A stretch of 64,000 nt of DNA from Chlorokybus atmophyticus (GCA_009103225.1 RHPI01000003.1:1-64000), one strand, 5' to 3'. Shown: positions 1 through 11,596, numbered from the stretch's first letter. The notes: generated by a model not told the origin, from the letters alone. A program made the numbers and translations.

Positions 1-431
1 TCCGTCTCTTCCATCTTGTGACCGACGTTGATGAGGTCCGCCCACAGCTCTCTCGCACGTGCAACATACTTTGTGACCGGCTCGGTCGTCTCTTTATGAA
101 GCGCGCTTAGCTGCTTGCGTAATTGTATCTTTCTGGCATTGTTCTTGGCTTGAAATACGGCTGCAAGCTTCTCCCAAGCTTGTCTGCCATCTTCACATGC
201 TGTGAGCATGGGAAAGTGATGTGGCTTGCAGTTAAGCACCATCAATGAATGTGCTTCAACTGAGTGTTCAAGCCAGATGCTTTCTTCTCCTGCTCTTGGT
301 GCAGATGCCTTCGGGTCAACATACTTCCACATCTTCTTGTGGATAAGTAGTGCCTTCATCTCTACGCACCAAGTGCTGTAGTTGTTTGTGTCCAGCTTTG
401 TGATCAGCCCTTTATCGTAGCTTGCCTCCAT
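1..431 (-). CDS. copia gag N-terminus (Retrotran_gag_2/UBN2-like), truncated by the window edge
   Basis: Manual translation MEASYDKGLITKLDTNNYSTWCVEMKALLIHKKMWKYV...AWEKLAAVFQAKNNARKIQLRKQL, a typical copia gag pattern. Confidence 0.85.
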   Translation of the reverse strand, partial: MEASYDKGLITKLDTNNYSTWCVEMKALLIHKKMWKYVDPKASAPRAGEESIWLEHSVEAHSLMVLNCKPHHFPMLTACEDGRQAWEKLAAVFQAKNNARKIQLRKQLSALHKETTEPVTKYVARARELWADLINVGHKMEET

Positions 432-534
432 CTTTGCCGCGCCTGCTTGCTTCTTGCAGTTAGCACTTGAGACTTGCTTTGATATCTTCACGTGTTGTGC
501 CTTGAGTGACTTTGTTGACTTCAGTAACTTTTTT

Positions 535-700
535 TTACTTCACTCTTGAGTGACTTCAATAACTTCGGTCTTCACTTCACTCTTCAGCGCCTTCAGTCTT
601 GAGTGACTTCGGTCTTCACTTCAGTCTTCAGCGCCTTCAGTCTTGAGTGACTTCAGTCTTCTCTTCACTCTTCAGTCTTGAGTGACTTCGAGCTTCACTT
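535..700. repeat. Degenerate tandem repeats (~40-45 bp, core CTTCAGTCTTGAGTGACTTC) in the copia leader
   Basis: Core recurs about four times. Confidence 0.75.
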
Positions 701-765
701 TAATGCACTTTGTCACTTTTCTTCACTTCGCTTTCTTTCTCTTTCTTACACTCTTCACGCGTAGT

Positions 766-779
766 GTGGGCCCATAACC
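766..779 (-). promoter_or_regulatory. Primer-binding site GGTTATGGGCCCAC, complementary to the tRNA-iMet anticodon arm
   Basis: 14/14 identity with 56687-56700 of the tRNA-iMet gene; abuts the LTR. Confidence 0.9.
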
Positions 780-928
780 TGTTGAGAAGCAAGCATGCAA
801 GTGAAGAGGGCAAGCAATGACACACAGGAGAAGGCAACACACTTCCCGATTTATTACCAACAAACTGCGGGGTTATATACCCGCCAGTCAGTACACAGTT
901 TGTACACACTGCTGGTCTAAACGCAACA
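780..928 (-). repeat. copia 5' LTR (~149 bp)
   Basis: Terminal TGTTG/CAACA inverted ends; PBS begins right after the CA end; partner LTR not in window, so the 928 boundary is inferred. Confidence 0.75.
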
Positions 929-1202
929 GCGTCCGATCTACTGAACCGAATCCTACGCTGTAAGATGTGCCACGTAGCTAACTTGACAAGCTTTCCAACA
1001 AGCTATGCCACGTTCCAAATGACTGAGTATTCTAGGAGATATGACGATTCTCCTAGGACCCTTCTCTGCAGTCCGCGCCAGGACCTTCATGTCCGGAGTC
1101 TTCGAGGTCCTCCCATCGAGGTCCCTTCTCTTCTCTCTTGTATGCAGGGCAGGCTGACCGGATGTAGGAATATCTTCAACAGTTTAAGACTCACGACGAG
1201 GT

Positions 1203-2945
1203 TTAAGACTGAAGACACACCTTGTCGCTGGCTGCGGGGAGAACTTGCGGTGTGAGAACGGCGGCCATGTCATGCAGTGTGTAGTCCATGCGCACGACAC
1301 GCTCCTCAAAGCGTCGAACAGACTCAAACATCTGTCGCATCTCCTGTAAGCTCAGGCTTTTCAGCTTGTCCTCAAAAAGTCTCTGCATCTTGGCAAGCTT
1401 GACCGCCTTCTCATCGACTTCCTTTTTTGCCATTGCGGCTTCCTTGAACACCGCGTTGGCGTCTTTCTGCACACATTGCAAAGGTTAGTAGTCTTTCACA
1501 AAGCATGCATTATAACCACAGCTCTACCACCTTCTTTTCTTCTACAAGTTTAACTTGGTCTCTGAGAGCTTGCTGCAAGCTGATCAGATGACCGCGCATG
1601 CAGTCAGTATGTGCTTTTTCAGTCTTAACATCTTCACGTAAACGTAATACGGACTTTTTTTCCTCGGACATGCTTTCTACTATTTTAAGCAGGCGTTTAG
1701 CAACCTGGACGTTGAAGGACATTTAGATAGTGCTAGACCTGGATAGTGCTGTGCAATGCTACCTGGACCAGTGCATACCTTGTCAAGTTCTTCGACCACC
1801 TCACCACTGGCAAGACGCTCCAGGTACTCCCCAGGGTTAAAAGGCTTGCGCTTTCTAAGCCCTTCCAAAAAAGTCAAGTGTCATATAACACAGGCCCGGA
1901 TATACACCCAGACATAGACCCAAGAACAGAACGTACCCGTGGTGGAGTTGCAGCAGGTGAGGCGAGCGTATCTTTAGCTGCAAGTTGAGTGCCTTTGCGA
2001 GTGCCTACCCGCGGGGGTGTGTCACCAGATGCTGGGGCGGTTGTAAGTTTTTGTTTCTGCACATGGCAAGAGTCAGTCTTGCACTCAGTCTTGCGCAACA
2101 CTCCAAGCACATGCAGAGACTCAGTGTTGTACCTTGGGGGGACGCCCTGGAGGGGAGGCAGGACCGGTGGGTGATGCAGGCGTTTCCGGTTTGGTCAAGT
2201 CAACATGCGCAGATGTCTTGGAGGGCGTTGAGGCAGGTTTGGCTTTGCCCGATCTTGTTGAAGCGTGCGCTGTCTCCTTGGGTTCTAACTTGACAACCGC
2301 AGGTGCTGCCGCAGGAGCAGGATCCATGTATAACGTTGCAGGATTCCACACGTAGTAGACACCGCCGGGCCTGGGTTGGGAGACTGGGATGTACGCTCCA
2401 CTGTTGTCATCCCAGCTATAACGAAGATCTGGCCGGTGGTGTGATGGTGGGGCACAGAAGGGCTTGACGGGTTCGGGGGTCAGGGCTGGCTGTGTGGACT
2501 GAGACTCAGGTGGTGAGTCTTCCTGCTGACCCTCATGACTTTCTTCCTGAGATACATTCCACCGATACATTTTACGATCCTGCATGACAGCAGCCACGCA
2601 TTAGCAAGCATGCACACAGACTTGAGCCTACACAGCATACACATAGCATAGCATAGCATAGCATGCATGCATAGCATAGCATGCATGGCACAGCATAGCA
2701 TAGCAAAGCATAGCACAAACACACTCACAATCAACTACATGTATGTCATCGTGTTGTTTTCTGGCTTTTTCTTTCAGCTGCGCTGGGGTTTCCTCGGGCT
2801 TGACACCTGCGGAGTTTGGCGCCAGGCGTTTTTGCATACACTTCTCCCCCCTGTAGTGCTGCTCGATATTCTTCTGCTTGGACTTTGTCAACTTGCTCTG
2901 GCAATACTGGCACTCCCATGGGATCTCCTCCATTGGAGCCATCAC
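1203..2945 (-). CDS. Spliced protein: N-terminal C2HC zinc finger, Pro/Ser-rich linker, C-terminal coiled coil; 3' end uncertain
   Basis: Exon 2945-2739 MMAPMEEIPWECQYC...IEQHYRGEKC joins exon 2579-2133 in phase 0; further coiled-coil exons at about 1877-1780, 1710-1520 and 1481-1220. Confidence 0.6.
2644..2715. repeat. (TAGCA)n intronic microsatellite
   Basis: Directly visible. Confidence 0.85.
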
Positions 2946-2954
2946 AGATCAGAC

Positions 2955-3125
2955 CACAACCGCCTAAGCCACAGCCGCCTAGACCCTAGCCGCCCAGACC
3001 CCAGCCGCCCAGACCCCAGCCGCCTAGAACCCAGCCGCCTAGACCAAACCCTCCCACACCACACCCGCTCACAACACCGCCTCCAACAACACCGCCGCCC
3101 ACAACACCGCCGCCAGACCACAGCC
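2955..3125. repeat. 15-bp minisatellite (AGCCGCCYAGACCCC x5) followed by ACAACACCGCC repeats
   Basis: Directly visible, upstream of the zinc-finger gene. Confidence 0.85.
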
Positions 3126-3664
3126 CTCAAAACCGATACTAGGCTTTTACTACCCTCTGCCTTGGCTTTTAAGACAGCTTTCAAGGGTTTGTGAAAAGTG
3201 ACTGTGTTGACAAGACCGTTGACAAGCCTGGGGCTGAGGCTAAGCTGTCAGATCTGAGTTGTAACGCCAGTTTTCGAGGCTCTTTGCCAGTATTCCGAGG
3301 CTTTCTGGGACCGGGAAGTCTTAACTGCGCGCTGGTGTTGCGCTGGAAGGGTTGTGGTCCTGGCAGGGAAGTCTGGCGTGGAAGTCTTAAGTGCGCGCAC
3401 AAGGGTCGCACAAGATTTGGCGGGGTCTTAGCCCCGGTACTGGCGGGCACTCGACACCAGCCAAGTCCGGTACTGTTTTTTAAGCAAGCCATGTCAAGCA
3501 AGTGTGGAATTCAGTGTGTGGGGTACTAGTGCTGTGGTGCAATGTTGGTGTAGTGGTCTTTGAGTGTACTTGTTTGCTGGCTTATGCTGCAGCTGGCTTG
3601 TAAGCACATAGTCTGGGTTTTCTACATGCTGGTGTCCTAGAAGGTCTGTGCATAGGTTCCGAGC

Positions 3665-6310
3665 ATGGCACGAAGTGGTCATGCAGCTGTTGCCCAGCTG
3701 GATGTTGCAGGGGTTGCTGAGCGTGTTACCAGAATCTGTGGCAAGAGCCCACATGCACAGAGTGTGGCTGAAAGGTTTCGACAGGAGGAAATCGATGGTG
3801 ACAGCTACATTAAGCTCTCCATGACCACAGCCCACATGCTGTGTCCCAATCTTGGTCTGGCTACCCTCGTCATGGACGACGTGCAAAAATGTCAGCAAGC
3901 AGCTCCCAGCACAGGTCCAGGTTAGTAGTGGGCAGGTTGCTTTCAGAGTTGCAGCATGTCAATAGGTTTGCATGACTACTGGTCTTCTGCTAAGACTACT
4001 GCTAAGATTACTGGTCATAGCTCTTATGTGTGTGTAGCCCCAGTTGGAGTGCTGACTGAGTGTTCTATACTTCTGCTGCTCAGTGTGCTAGACTTCTGGA
4101 CTAGTGGTTTTAGCTCTTATATGTGTGCTGACTGAGTGTTCTATACTTCTGCTGCTCAGTGTGCTAGACTTCTGGACTAGTGGTTTTAGCTCTTATATGT
4201 GTGTAGCCCGGTTACCAGCAGTGCTGACGCCGTGTGCTATACTTGGTGTTTATACAGGTGATATCGACAGAGACGAGAACAGCACAGCAGAGAGTGCTGC
4301 GCGGGAGAAAACCCTTCTGGAACTAAAGTGCTTCAGAACCAGAAAGGACCACAACGAACCATCGGGAAAGACTTTCCTCCAGCGACACTACCCGGCGCAG
4401 TACCATACGCACATGGAAAACATCAAGCTGCTGAAAAGGAAGATAGCAGAGCACTTCCCTGACAACCCAAAGTTGTTGATGGTAGATTTCCGCTTGCGAC
4501 AGGAGGAAGACATGCAGCGTCGCGACGCGGTGATTGCCGAGGTCCTCGACGAACACACACCACTGCAGATCAACGGCCACTGCCTAACATGGCCAACAAG
4601 TAAGAGCTTTTATGTCAGTCTTGTGCTTGAGTCTTTTTGCTTTAACTCTCCAGTTAAAAGCTTCTCCATGTGACTTGTAATTGTTGGTCTAGCTGATGGT
4701 ATGCTGGGTCTGCTGGAATTGCTGAGTCTATTGGGATTGCCGGATTTGCTGAGTCTGCTGGGTCTGGTGTGCTGGGCGTGTCTTGTTGAAGTTGCTGGTG
4801 TCGCTGGCCTCTTGCTGAGCTGTAAGCTGATCTTGTGAGTTGAAGTTCTGTGCTTTGACAGAATACATAAAGGAACAGATCACCGAGTTGTCTAATACGG
4901 TGCGGAGAGGGACTCGAGGAAAGGGAAAGACCCAAGAAGACCGCAAAAAAGAACAGCAGGAGAAGCGTGCGCAGGCAACAGCTGAAAACGGTGGTCACCG
5001 TAACACCCGACGCATGTCCAGCACCATCACCGGTCTAGGACCTGAGTTCACCTTGGTGGACTGCGAAGCTGGCGTCAACGCTGTATTACTGGCCTTGGTA
5101 ACACCACAACCACCCACCGAAGACATGCTGACAGATCATTGGCGCAAACATTTGTAAGTTTAGGTCAGCAGGTCTATGTCTTGGGTCACCTACTGACTTA
5201 AATGTGTGCAAGTATTAATGCTTGTGTTCGTTTGCACTTGGTGATGCAATTGATTATATGCAGGATTAATGGGCGCTACGAAGATCAAGACCAGCCGTAC
5301 ATGTACCCGGTGGGGAGGGGCGATGTGCTGGAGATCTTTGACGAGGAAGTTCCATGGCGGAGCTATAAAGTCAAGATCACAGAGTGGTTTGAAGTATGTG
5401 TAGGGGAGAATGAATACGGACAGCTGTTTATGCCGGTACGTGAGACGGATGGGTATGCCGGCAAGGTTGTAAACGAGGAATCGCTGGTGCACACCATTGA
5501 GGTGAGTCTGTGCAGCACTTAGCCTGTCTGAGGATGTATGAGGCAAGTTTAAACAGCGTGCAAGATGTGAGTGACTGGTGGTGCTTGCGCAGGGTCGTAC
5601 GATAGCTTGGCCAGCATCTCTGGTTGCAGAGACATGGCCTTGCCAATGCAACAGCTGTCATGAAGGCGAAGGTGCGGGGACAGGGTCGATGTGCTTCCAA
5701 TCTCAGCTTCAGGATACGCGACGGCCGCAAGCGCAGACTCGGGACAAGGTAAACTCTGGGCTAAATTTTCTACCTGTGTCTTGCTGAGTTTGACTAGGCT
5801 TAACTGGTTTATATTGGGTCTTGCTGCGCTTGACTGGTCTTCTCGGTGTTGTTGTTGCTGGGTTGTGCTGGGTTTAACAAAAGTTTACCTGCAAGATTGG
5901 CTAGGCTTGACTGGTTTTGCTGGGTCTTGCTGCGCTTGATTAGCCTTCTGTGTATTGTTGCGTTGTGCTGGGTTTAAACACAAGTCTGCTTGCAGGATTG
6001 GTCCGAGAATCCTTTGTTGTTGAATTGGGCTGGAATGTGCTGTGGAGATAGAGACGGTGACACACCTACGAGAGAAAAAATGCTTGAGGTCTACAGGGCC
6101 TGGAGGAGTGTGTATGGCAACCAGATCACAACCTTGCCAAGGGAGGAGCACTGCCTTGCCAAGTTCACCAACCAGCAGATTGCTCTCATATTGGTAAAGT
6201 TTGCGACATCGCGCAAGTGGCTGGTGGTGGAGCATTCCATGGAGGCGCCGCATAGCATGATCTGGCAGTCTCCGAGAAAGAGGCATCGAGCATCGTTGTC
6301 AAGAGCTTGA
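3665..6310 (+). CDS. Six-exon, 532-aa protein with an N-terminal SAM-like domain and a BAH-like segment
   Basis: Exons 3665-3920, 4258-4599, 4862-5153, 5264-5501, 5593-5748, 5996-6310: all GT-AG, phase-consistent, 1599 nt with no internal stop; SAM-like VAERFRQEEIDGDSYIKL. Confidence 0.7.
4049..4200. repeat. 76-bp tandem duplication in intron 1 of the SAM gene
   Basis: GTGCTGACTGAGTGTTCTATAC...CTCTTATATGT at 4049 and 4125. Confidence 0.9.
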
Positions 6311-6759
6311 AGGTAGGCTCGTTTGGAAACAAACATTGCTTGAGTGTGCAATACGCATTTCACTCATCAAAGACATAAGGGGCTTTTGCGGTGTTGCAGG
6401 GTGAATGGGAGTAGCTGGACTGGAGAACACTATAGCTACTGGGTATGGGTCCAGAGGGTTTGCGTCTTGGCAGGGTCTGGGTTGGGGCTTGAAGGGTTTA
6501 AGGTGGAGACTTTCCAGGGTCTGTTTGGGGTTAGGAGGCTTTAAGGCAGGGCCTTTGCAGGGTCTACTGGAAGGGTTTTCCGCACGGTCAGGGTTGAGAC
6601 TTGCAGGGTCTAGCGGGCTAGCGGGCTAATACCTGGGCTAGCGGGCTGGGCCAAGCGGGCCTGCTGGCTGCGGGGACTGGACAGCTGAAGACCAGAAGAC
6701 TTTCTTCATGGGCTTTTTGTAGCTACTTCGTAGGGCTTTTGATAGGAAAGCTATAGCTG

Positions 6760-7322
6760 TGCTGTATGGCACTGGTTTGATTAGACCAGTGCATGACTTT
6801 TGTTGAATACATTGTGCCAGTATCACATTTTCTCTGCTGATAGGCCTCCGTGAATGGCACAACGCTTTTTTTGTCATTACTGGTTCTAAAACTATTTGTG
6901 CCAGTAATGGCAGGAAATTCAAGGATCTAGCCTTGGCACAATGGGTTCTTTGCCAGTGCTGGCATGAAAGCATCAGAAACGGCACTGGCAGCAAGTTGTC
7001 TATTGCAGTAATGGACATAATCTTCAAATTCCAGCACCGGCTACAAGGCTGTTGTGCCAGTTCTGGTCTTAAACTATTCTTGCCAGAGCAGGCATGGAAA
7101 GCCTTGATGCCAGTGTCGGCAGTAAGGGCTTTGTGCTAGTATTGTTAACTATTAAGTCATTTCAGTGCTGGTTATGGACGGCTTGTGCCACTTACCAGTA
7201 GGTGAGTTAGCATCCATTGCTGGCACAAGCCGTTTTGTGCCAGTTTCGGGGCTTTTCGGGTCTAGCCCCGAAAAGCAGGTGCCAGTACTGGCACAAACGG
7301 TTTGTGCCAGTACTGGCACGGG
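6760..7322. repeat. Subterminal motif array and terminal palindromes
   Basis: TGTGCCAG half-sites in both orientations; GTGCCAGTACTGGCAC at 7279-7294 and 7304-7319. Confidence 0.85.
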
Positions 7323-9488
7323 CTGCAGTTCCCATGTGGACATGCAGAGTGTACAATCAGCACATGGTATGTGTTTGGGCGGCTGCAGAGGCGCTGGGGG
7401 AAGGGACCTCAAATCGCAAAGGGTTATGACATGGACAACGTGAGAGAGGACGAAGAGGAGGGAGAGGAGGTTGGGCAGAGGGAGAGGGGGTGTGGGGGAG
7501 AGAGAGAGAGGGTGTGGAAAGCACTATCAACGACATCGGGTCGTCTAGCTGCTGCTGCTGCTGCTGCTGCTATTGAGAGCGTATTTGGCATGACCGCTTG
7601 CAACCGTGCTGCGTGGAGGTAACGTCCAAGTGTACAAAAGATGCGCAGGGGAACTGTGCTGACATGCATGCATGACCAACGGTGTCCGTGAGTAGTGTTG
7701 GTGTAGCGGTAGGTTAGATAGCTACAACGTGAGCCCGGTGGTCGTGTAAGACAAAGGCATCGATGACGAGTGTACAAGAGATAGTATGGCTGCATTTGTC
7801 TCATGCATGGGGTGTGAACCACAGCCAATACACGCTTAAAATCCACAAACGCACCGTATACAGTCCACCACCCTGCTATTACTACCTACACCACTACTAC
7901 TACTCACCTTCCCCGTTAGTCATACACAAGCATGCACGTACTCCAAGCATCACCTGTACAGCACGCAGCAGCGTCAGTCACGGCCGTTCTTCACACTCAG
8001 TTCAGCGTGCAGCAAACAGGATGTGCATGTTCTCCGCCCCTCCCTCTCCTTCCACCTCCGCCTCTGTCCGCCCACAGCCTGCATCGCTGTTGTCATGACA
8101 ACCCTTGAAGCTGCTGTTCGGGCCCCTTTCTTCCTCCCCCTCTGCCCCTCCTCGTGTCCGCCGTCTACAGTGGCAATGCATCGCAGTTGTGCGTGGATAT
8201 GCTCCGGCGAACGGGCAAGCGTTTCAACCAATCAGCCTGCTCCCCGTGCAGCTTTGGTGCAGTGTATACAAGATGCAATAGGCATTGCGTGTGCATGCGC
8301 GCTTGCTTGCTTGCTTGCTTGCATGTGCGTTAAGCATGTGGCAGCTTTTGTACGTACTCGATGCATGAGCAGTGGTTCTGGAAACCCTACAATGCAGATG
8401 ATGACGACCATTACTGTGTACAAAAGGAGTATACTGTTCTGCCTATGCTAGCGCATGCATGAGTGTATCAGTCGCATGCAACAGCAAACACAACCCAGAA
8501 AACCTTGCTGCATCGCTTGCAGAGGGCGAGGAAGGAGGCGGAGCCAGGGAGAGAGGGAGGGGGAGTCCTGGTCGCCAATTTGCATCCTGTCTGCGTGACC
8601 AAAAGCGCCAACAACTAACCAACGCCCATGTGGGCAGGTGATTACCAACTGCATATTGACTGCTGCATGTCTAACGGGGTAGAGGCAGTAGATTAAAGTG
8701 CTAGTAGTAGCCCGGTGGTCAACTAAATGTCATTTGTACAACACCTTGCATGTGTTGCTGCGTGCTGACTGGACTACACGTTGTGCATGCGCATGCATGT
8801 CCTGCATTTGATGTACACGTGTTGCGCATTTTCTGTACACGCACAGCACATCAACACAATGTCAGTGTACAAGCACCGGGTTTATGTACACTACATTCTT
8901 TACTAGCACACTACTACTATCTAGCCTACCCCTTTACACGTGTTAATTTGAATTTACACGCCCACATAAACGGTTGTTAGTCGTTGTTGGTCATGGCAAG
9001 CATGGCAGCAGCAAGGATGACAACTCCCTCCCGCCTTCTCTTCCTCTCCCTCGCCTACATGTCTACACACGTATACTACAATATAAGATCACAAGGGAAT
9101 GCACATGTGTGTATGATGTGTGCCATATGTGTGCTCAAGCATGAGGGCTGGCCCAAGCCCTGCAAATGCAGACCAGGGCGCATGTGGTCATTTTTGCAGC
9201 GTTTGTGTTCTGACAAAGGTGCGCATATCAAAAGCATACGCGAACCAATGACATACCTCACCACCCCCTGCAGGCACCAACGTACATGTGCAAGCAGTGC
9301 ACACCTCATGTGGCATTACATGCAACAGTCATAAAAAGCACACGTGTAGAACTTAACCTACTCCAAGCCCACGCACACAAAGACAGTGTCCCAAAACAGT
9401 TCACAAGATGAAGCTACCCCTGTATGTACACTGGCACACAGCTGTGCCAACTCTCATGCGCGCACACTTCCGTCCCCACTTGACATTC

Positions 9489-11076
9489 TCACACAGCGAT
9501 AGGGTCAGCAATGTTCGGTGCGCCCACGGTGCTGACAGGTGGGATGCCCGTGCAGGTATTTGTTAAGTTGGCTTCACTTGCGATCTCATTCAAAGCGATG
9601 CATGCGGCCGGCAGCGCTAAGGCAGATGACAGCTGGGCGTCGGACACGTTGGTAGTGACGTTGGAGAGGATGATGTCGTAGCTGCATGCAAGAAACAGAG
9701 TTGAAGCTTGCCCAACAGTGGCAGGACAGCATGTCACTCTACCCAAGCATCAATGCGCTTACACAAAGGTTGTGTTGGCAGAGGTGGTTGTGTTGGTAAG
9801 GGTGAAGTTGGCTATCTGGCGGACAGCGAAAGGTGCGGAGAAGCTGGTGTTGTCTACGCAGTAAGTGGTGCTGCCGTCGATAGGTCCTGTGAGGAGAAAA
9901 TGAGAGAAAATCAAGAACAAACGCACGAAAACATTTTTCAATTGACACCGCACACACACACATGCACACTCGCTGCGAGAGCTCACCTACTGGTCCGCCC
10001 AGGTTCACAGAGCAGTCGATAAAGTTATAAGTCTCAACGAACGACTGGTTTATTGAGAGTAGAGGTAACGGTTGCGCTCCTGTTTGCGGAAGGGTCACCA
10101 AGGCGTTGGATAAGCCTGCTGTGCAGTTGGTGACCGCGTTTGCGCCCTGCGCACGACAACACAACAACAACAATGATGTCACGGCGTCACACGCACAGGC
10201 GGCCAGGTTCAAGAGCTGAGTGTATGCACGCAAGCCACTAACTGTCACTGGCTCGCCGGCAATGACACCCCAAGTGCCGTTGACGCCGAGGCGGGTGAGT
10301 CGGCCTGCGGTGACGTCGCCTTCGCAAGTGTTGAATGCCGTCTGGAATGTGTATCTGCCACAGCACACGTTGACCCAACAGAAGAGAGATATGTGTGCGC
10401 AGCAAGTTACCATCAGAGCGAGAATTCAAAAAAACTCACTGGATGACTGTCCCGTTTTCTTGACCGATGGCATAGATGGACGTGTCTGGCGAGTGATCGG
10501 TTTGCGCGAAGATGTCCACTCTGCATGCCATATGCACAATTCATTGACCACACACAACAACTTGCAGCATGGACGCATGGAGCCTGGTTGCGGCGCACAG
10601 CAGTTGACAGAATCAGAACCAAGGCATGCACCTGCTGCTGCTGCTGTTCCCGGAATTGTTGAAGAAGCGGGTGAACGTGCCGGTCACCGTCGTTCCATTG
10701 GTGGTGATGTTCACTACGCCATTAGCAGTGTGGCTGGGCTCCAAGCCAGGAACCTGCGCAATATATAGCAGCATGTCACACTCGGTCATCATGAGGCACA
10801 TTTTCAGGCACGCTCTGCACTCGAGCAACTGAATGAGACCAATTGAATCCACACCTCACGCATGCGTGCGGTAATATCATGTGTAGCTCTACCAGAAACG
10901 AGAGCTTACTCCTCGTGCACCAGGAGCACGCGTTAGGTGACGCTTGCACACGACAATGCATGCACACATGCACGCATGCGGTGCAGTCGAGTTACCGCAG
11001 CCTGCTGCGCTGAAGCAAAGGCCAGAAAGGCGAGACACAGGCTGATGAGTAGTAGAACACAGCGCTGCTTCGCCAT
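9489..11076 (-). CDS. Secreted Cys-containing, N-glycosylated protein, paralog A (possibly ependymin-related)
   Basis: Signal peptide MAKQRCVLLLISLCLAFLAFASA; many N-x-S/T sites; several spliced exons; aligns with paralog B. Confidence 0.7.
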
Positions 11077-11596
11077 GATTGGGGCGGAACAAACGCCTTC
11101 TCTTTTGCCGCACCTCCGCTGGGCGTCGATGTGAGCAACGAACGCAGCAGCTACAACGCCAAAGGCCTGCTGCAGCAGCTTATCTACTTCCACGCAACGT
11201 GTCAAGCGCAGGAAAGGCAGCGCCAAGATGGTTGTGAGAAGGACCTTTCAATCACAACTTGACACTGCGTACCTGTGCAGAGAGCTTCGCATCCAGCACC
11301 AGAGGCGCCTGAGCTTGACGTGTGCAAGGGCCTCTGATGACAGCTGTCATCGGCATGCGCGTGTCCGGCAGGCAGGCAGCACCATGACAGCTCCAAAACG
11401 TGTCAATTGCTGGGGGGTCGGCACCAAGCCTGTGCAACAACAAAGCTGCCTCCATAGCCTGAAGCCATGGTCACGATATGATAGCGTTGGTGCTTGCTGT
11501 GGCTTCAAAACCGGCCCCTTCCATCTTGGTGCCTGGTGACTGATATAGCTCTGGTGTTCGCCACTAGCACCGGCGACGGCGGCGATGGTGACCCGT

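Larger units (their letters stand above)
1..928 (-). mobile_element. 5' end of a Ty1/copia LTR retrotransposon (5' LTR, PBS, leader, start of gag); runs off the left edge
   Basis: LTR 780-928 bounded by TGTTG...CAACA, with minus-strand TATATAA and AATAAA; PBS directly adjacent; gag ORF follows. Confidence 0.9.
929..7322. mobile_element. Putative DNA-transposon-like island with two divergent cargo genes and a subterminal repeat array; no transposase seen; left end lies beyond the copia insertion
   Basis: At least 15 TGTGCCAG/CTGGCACA-like motifs in both orientations at 6760-7320, ending ...GTACTGGCACGGG; introns full of internal duplications; genes unlike the housekeeping block. Confidence 0.55.

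Noticed and set aside
7400-9400. Gene or MITE between the left island and the secreted paralog
   Set aside because: Only low-complexity purine tracts and weak degenerate repeats (AGCCCGGTGGTC twice); no coherent exon chain or TIR.
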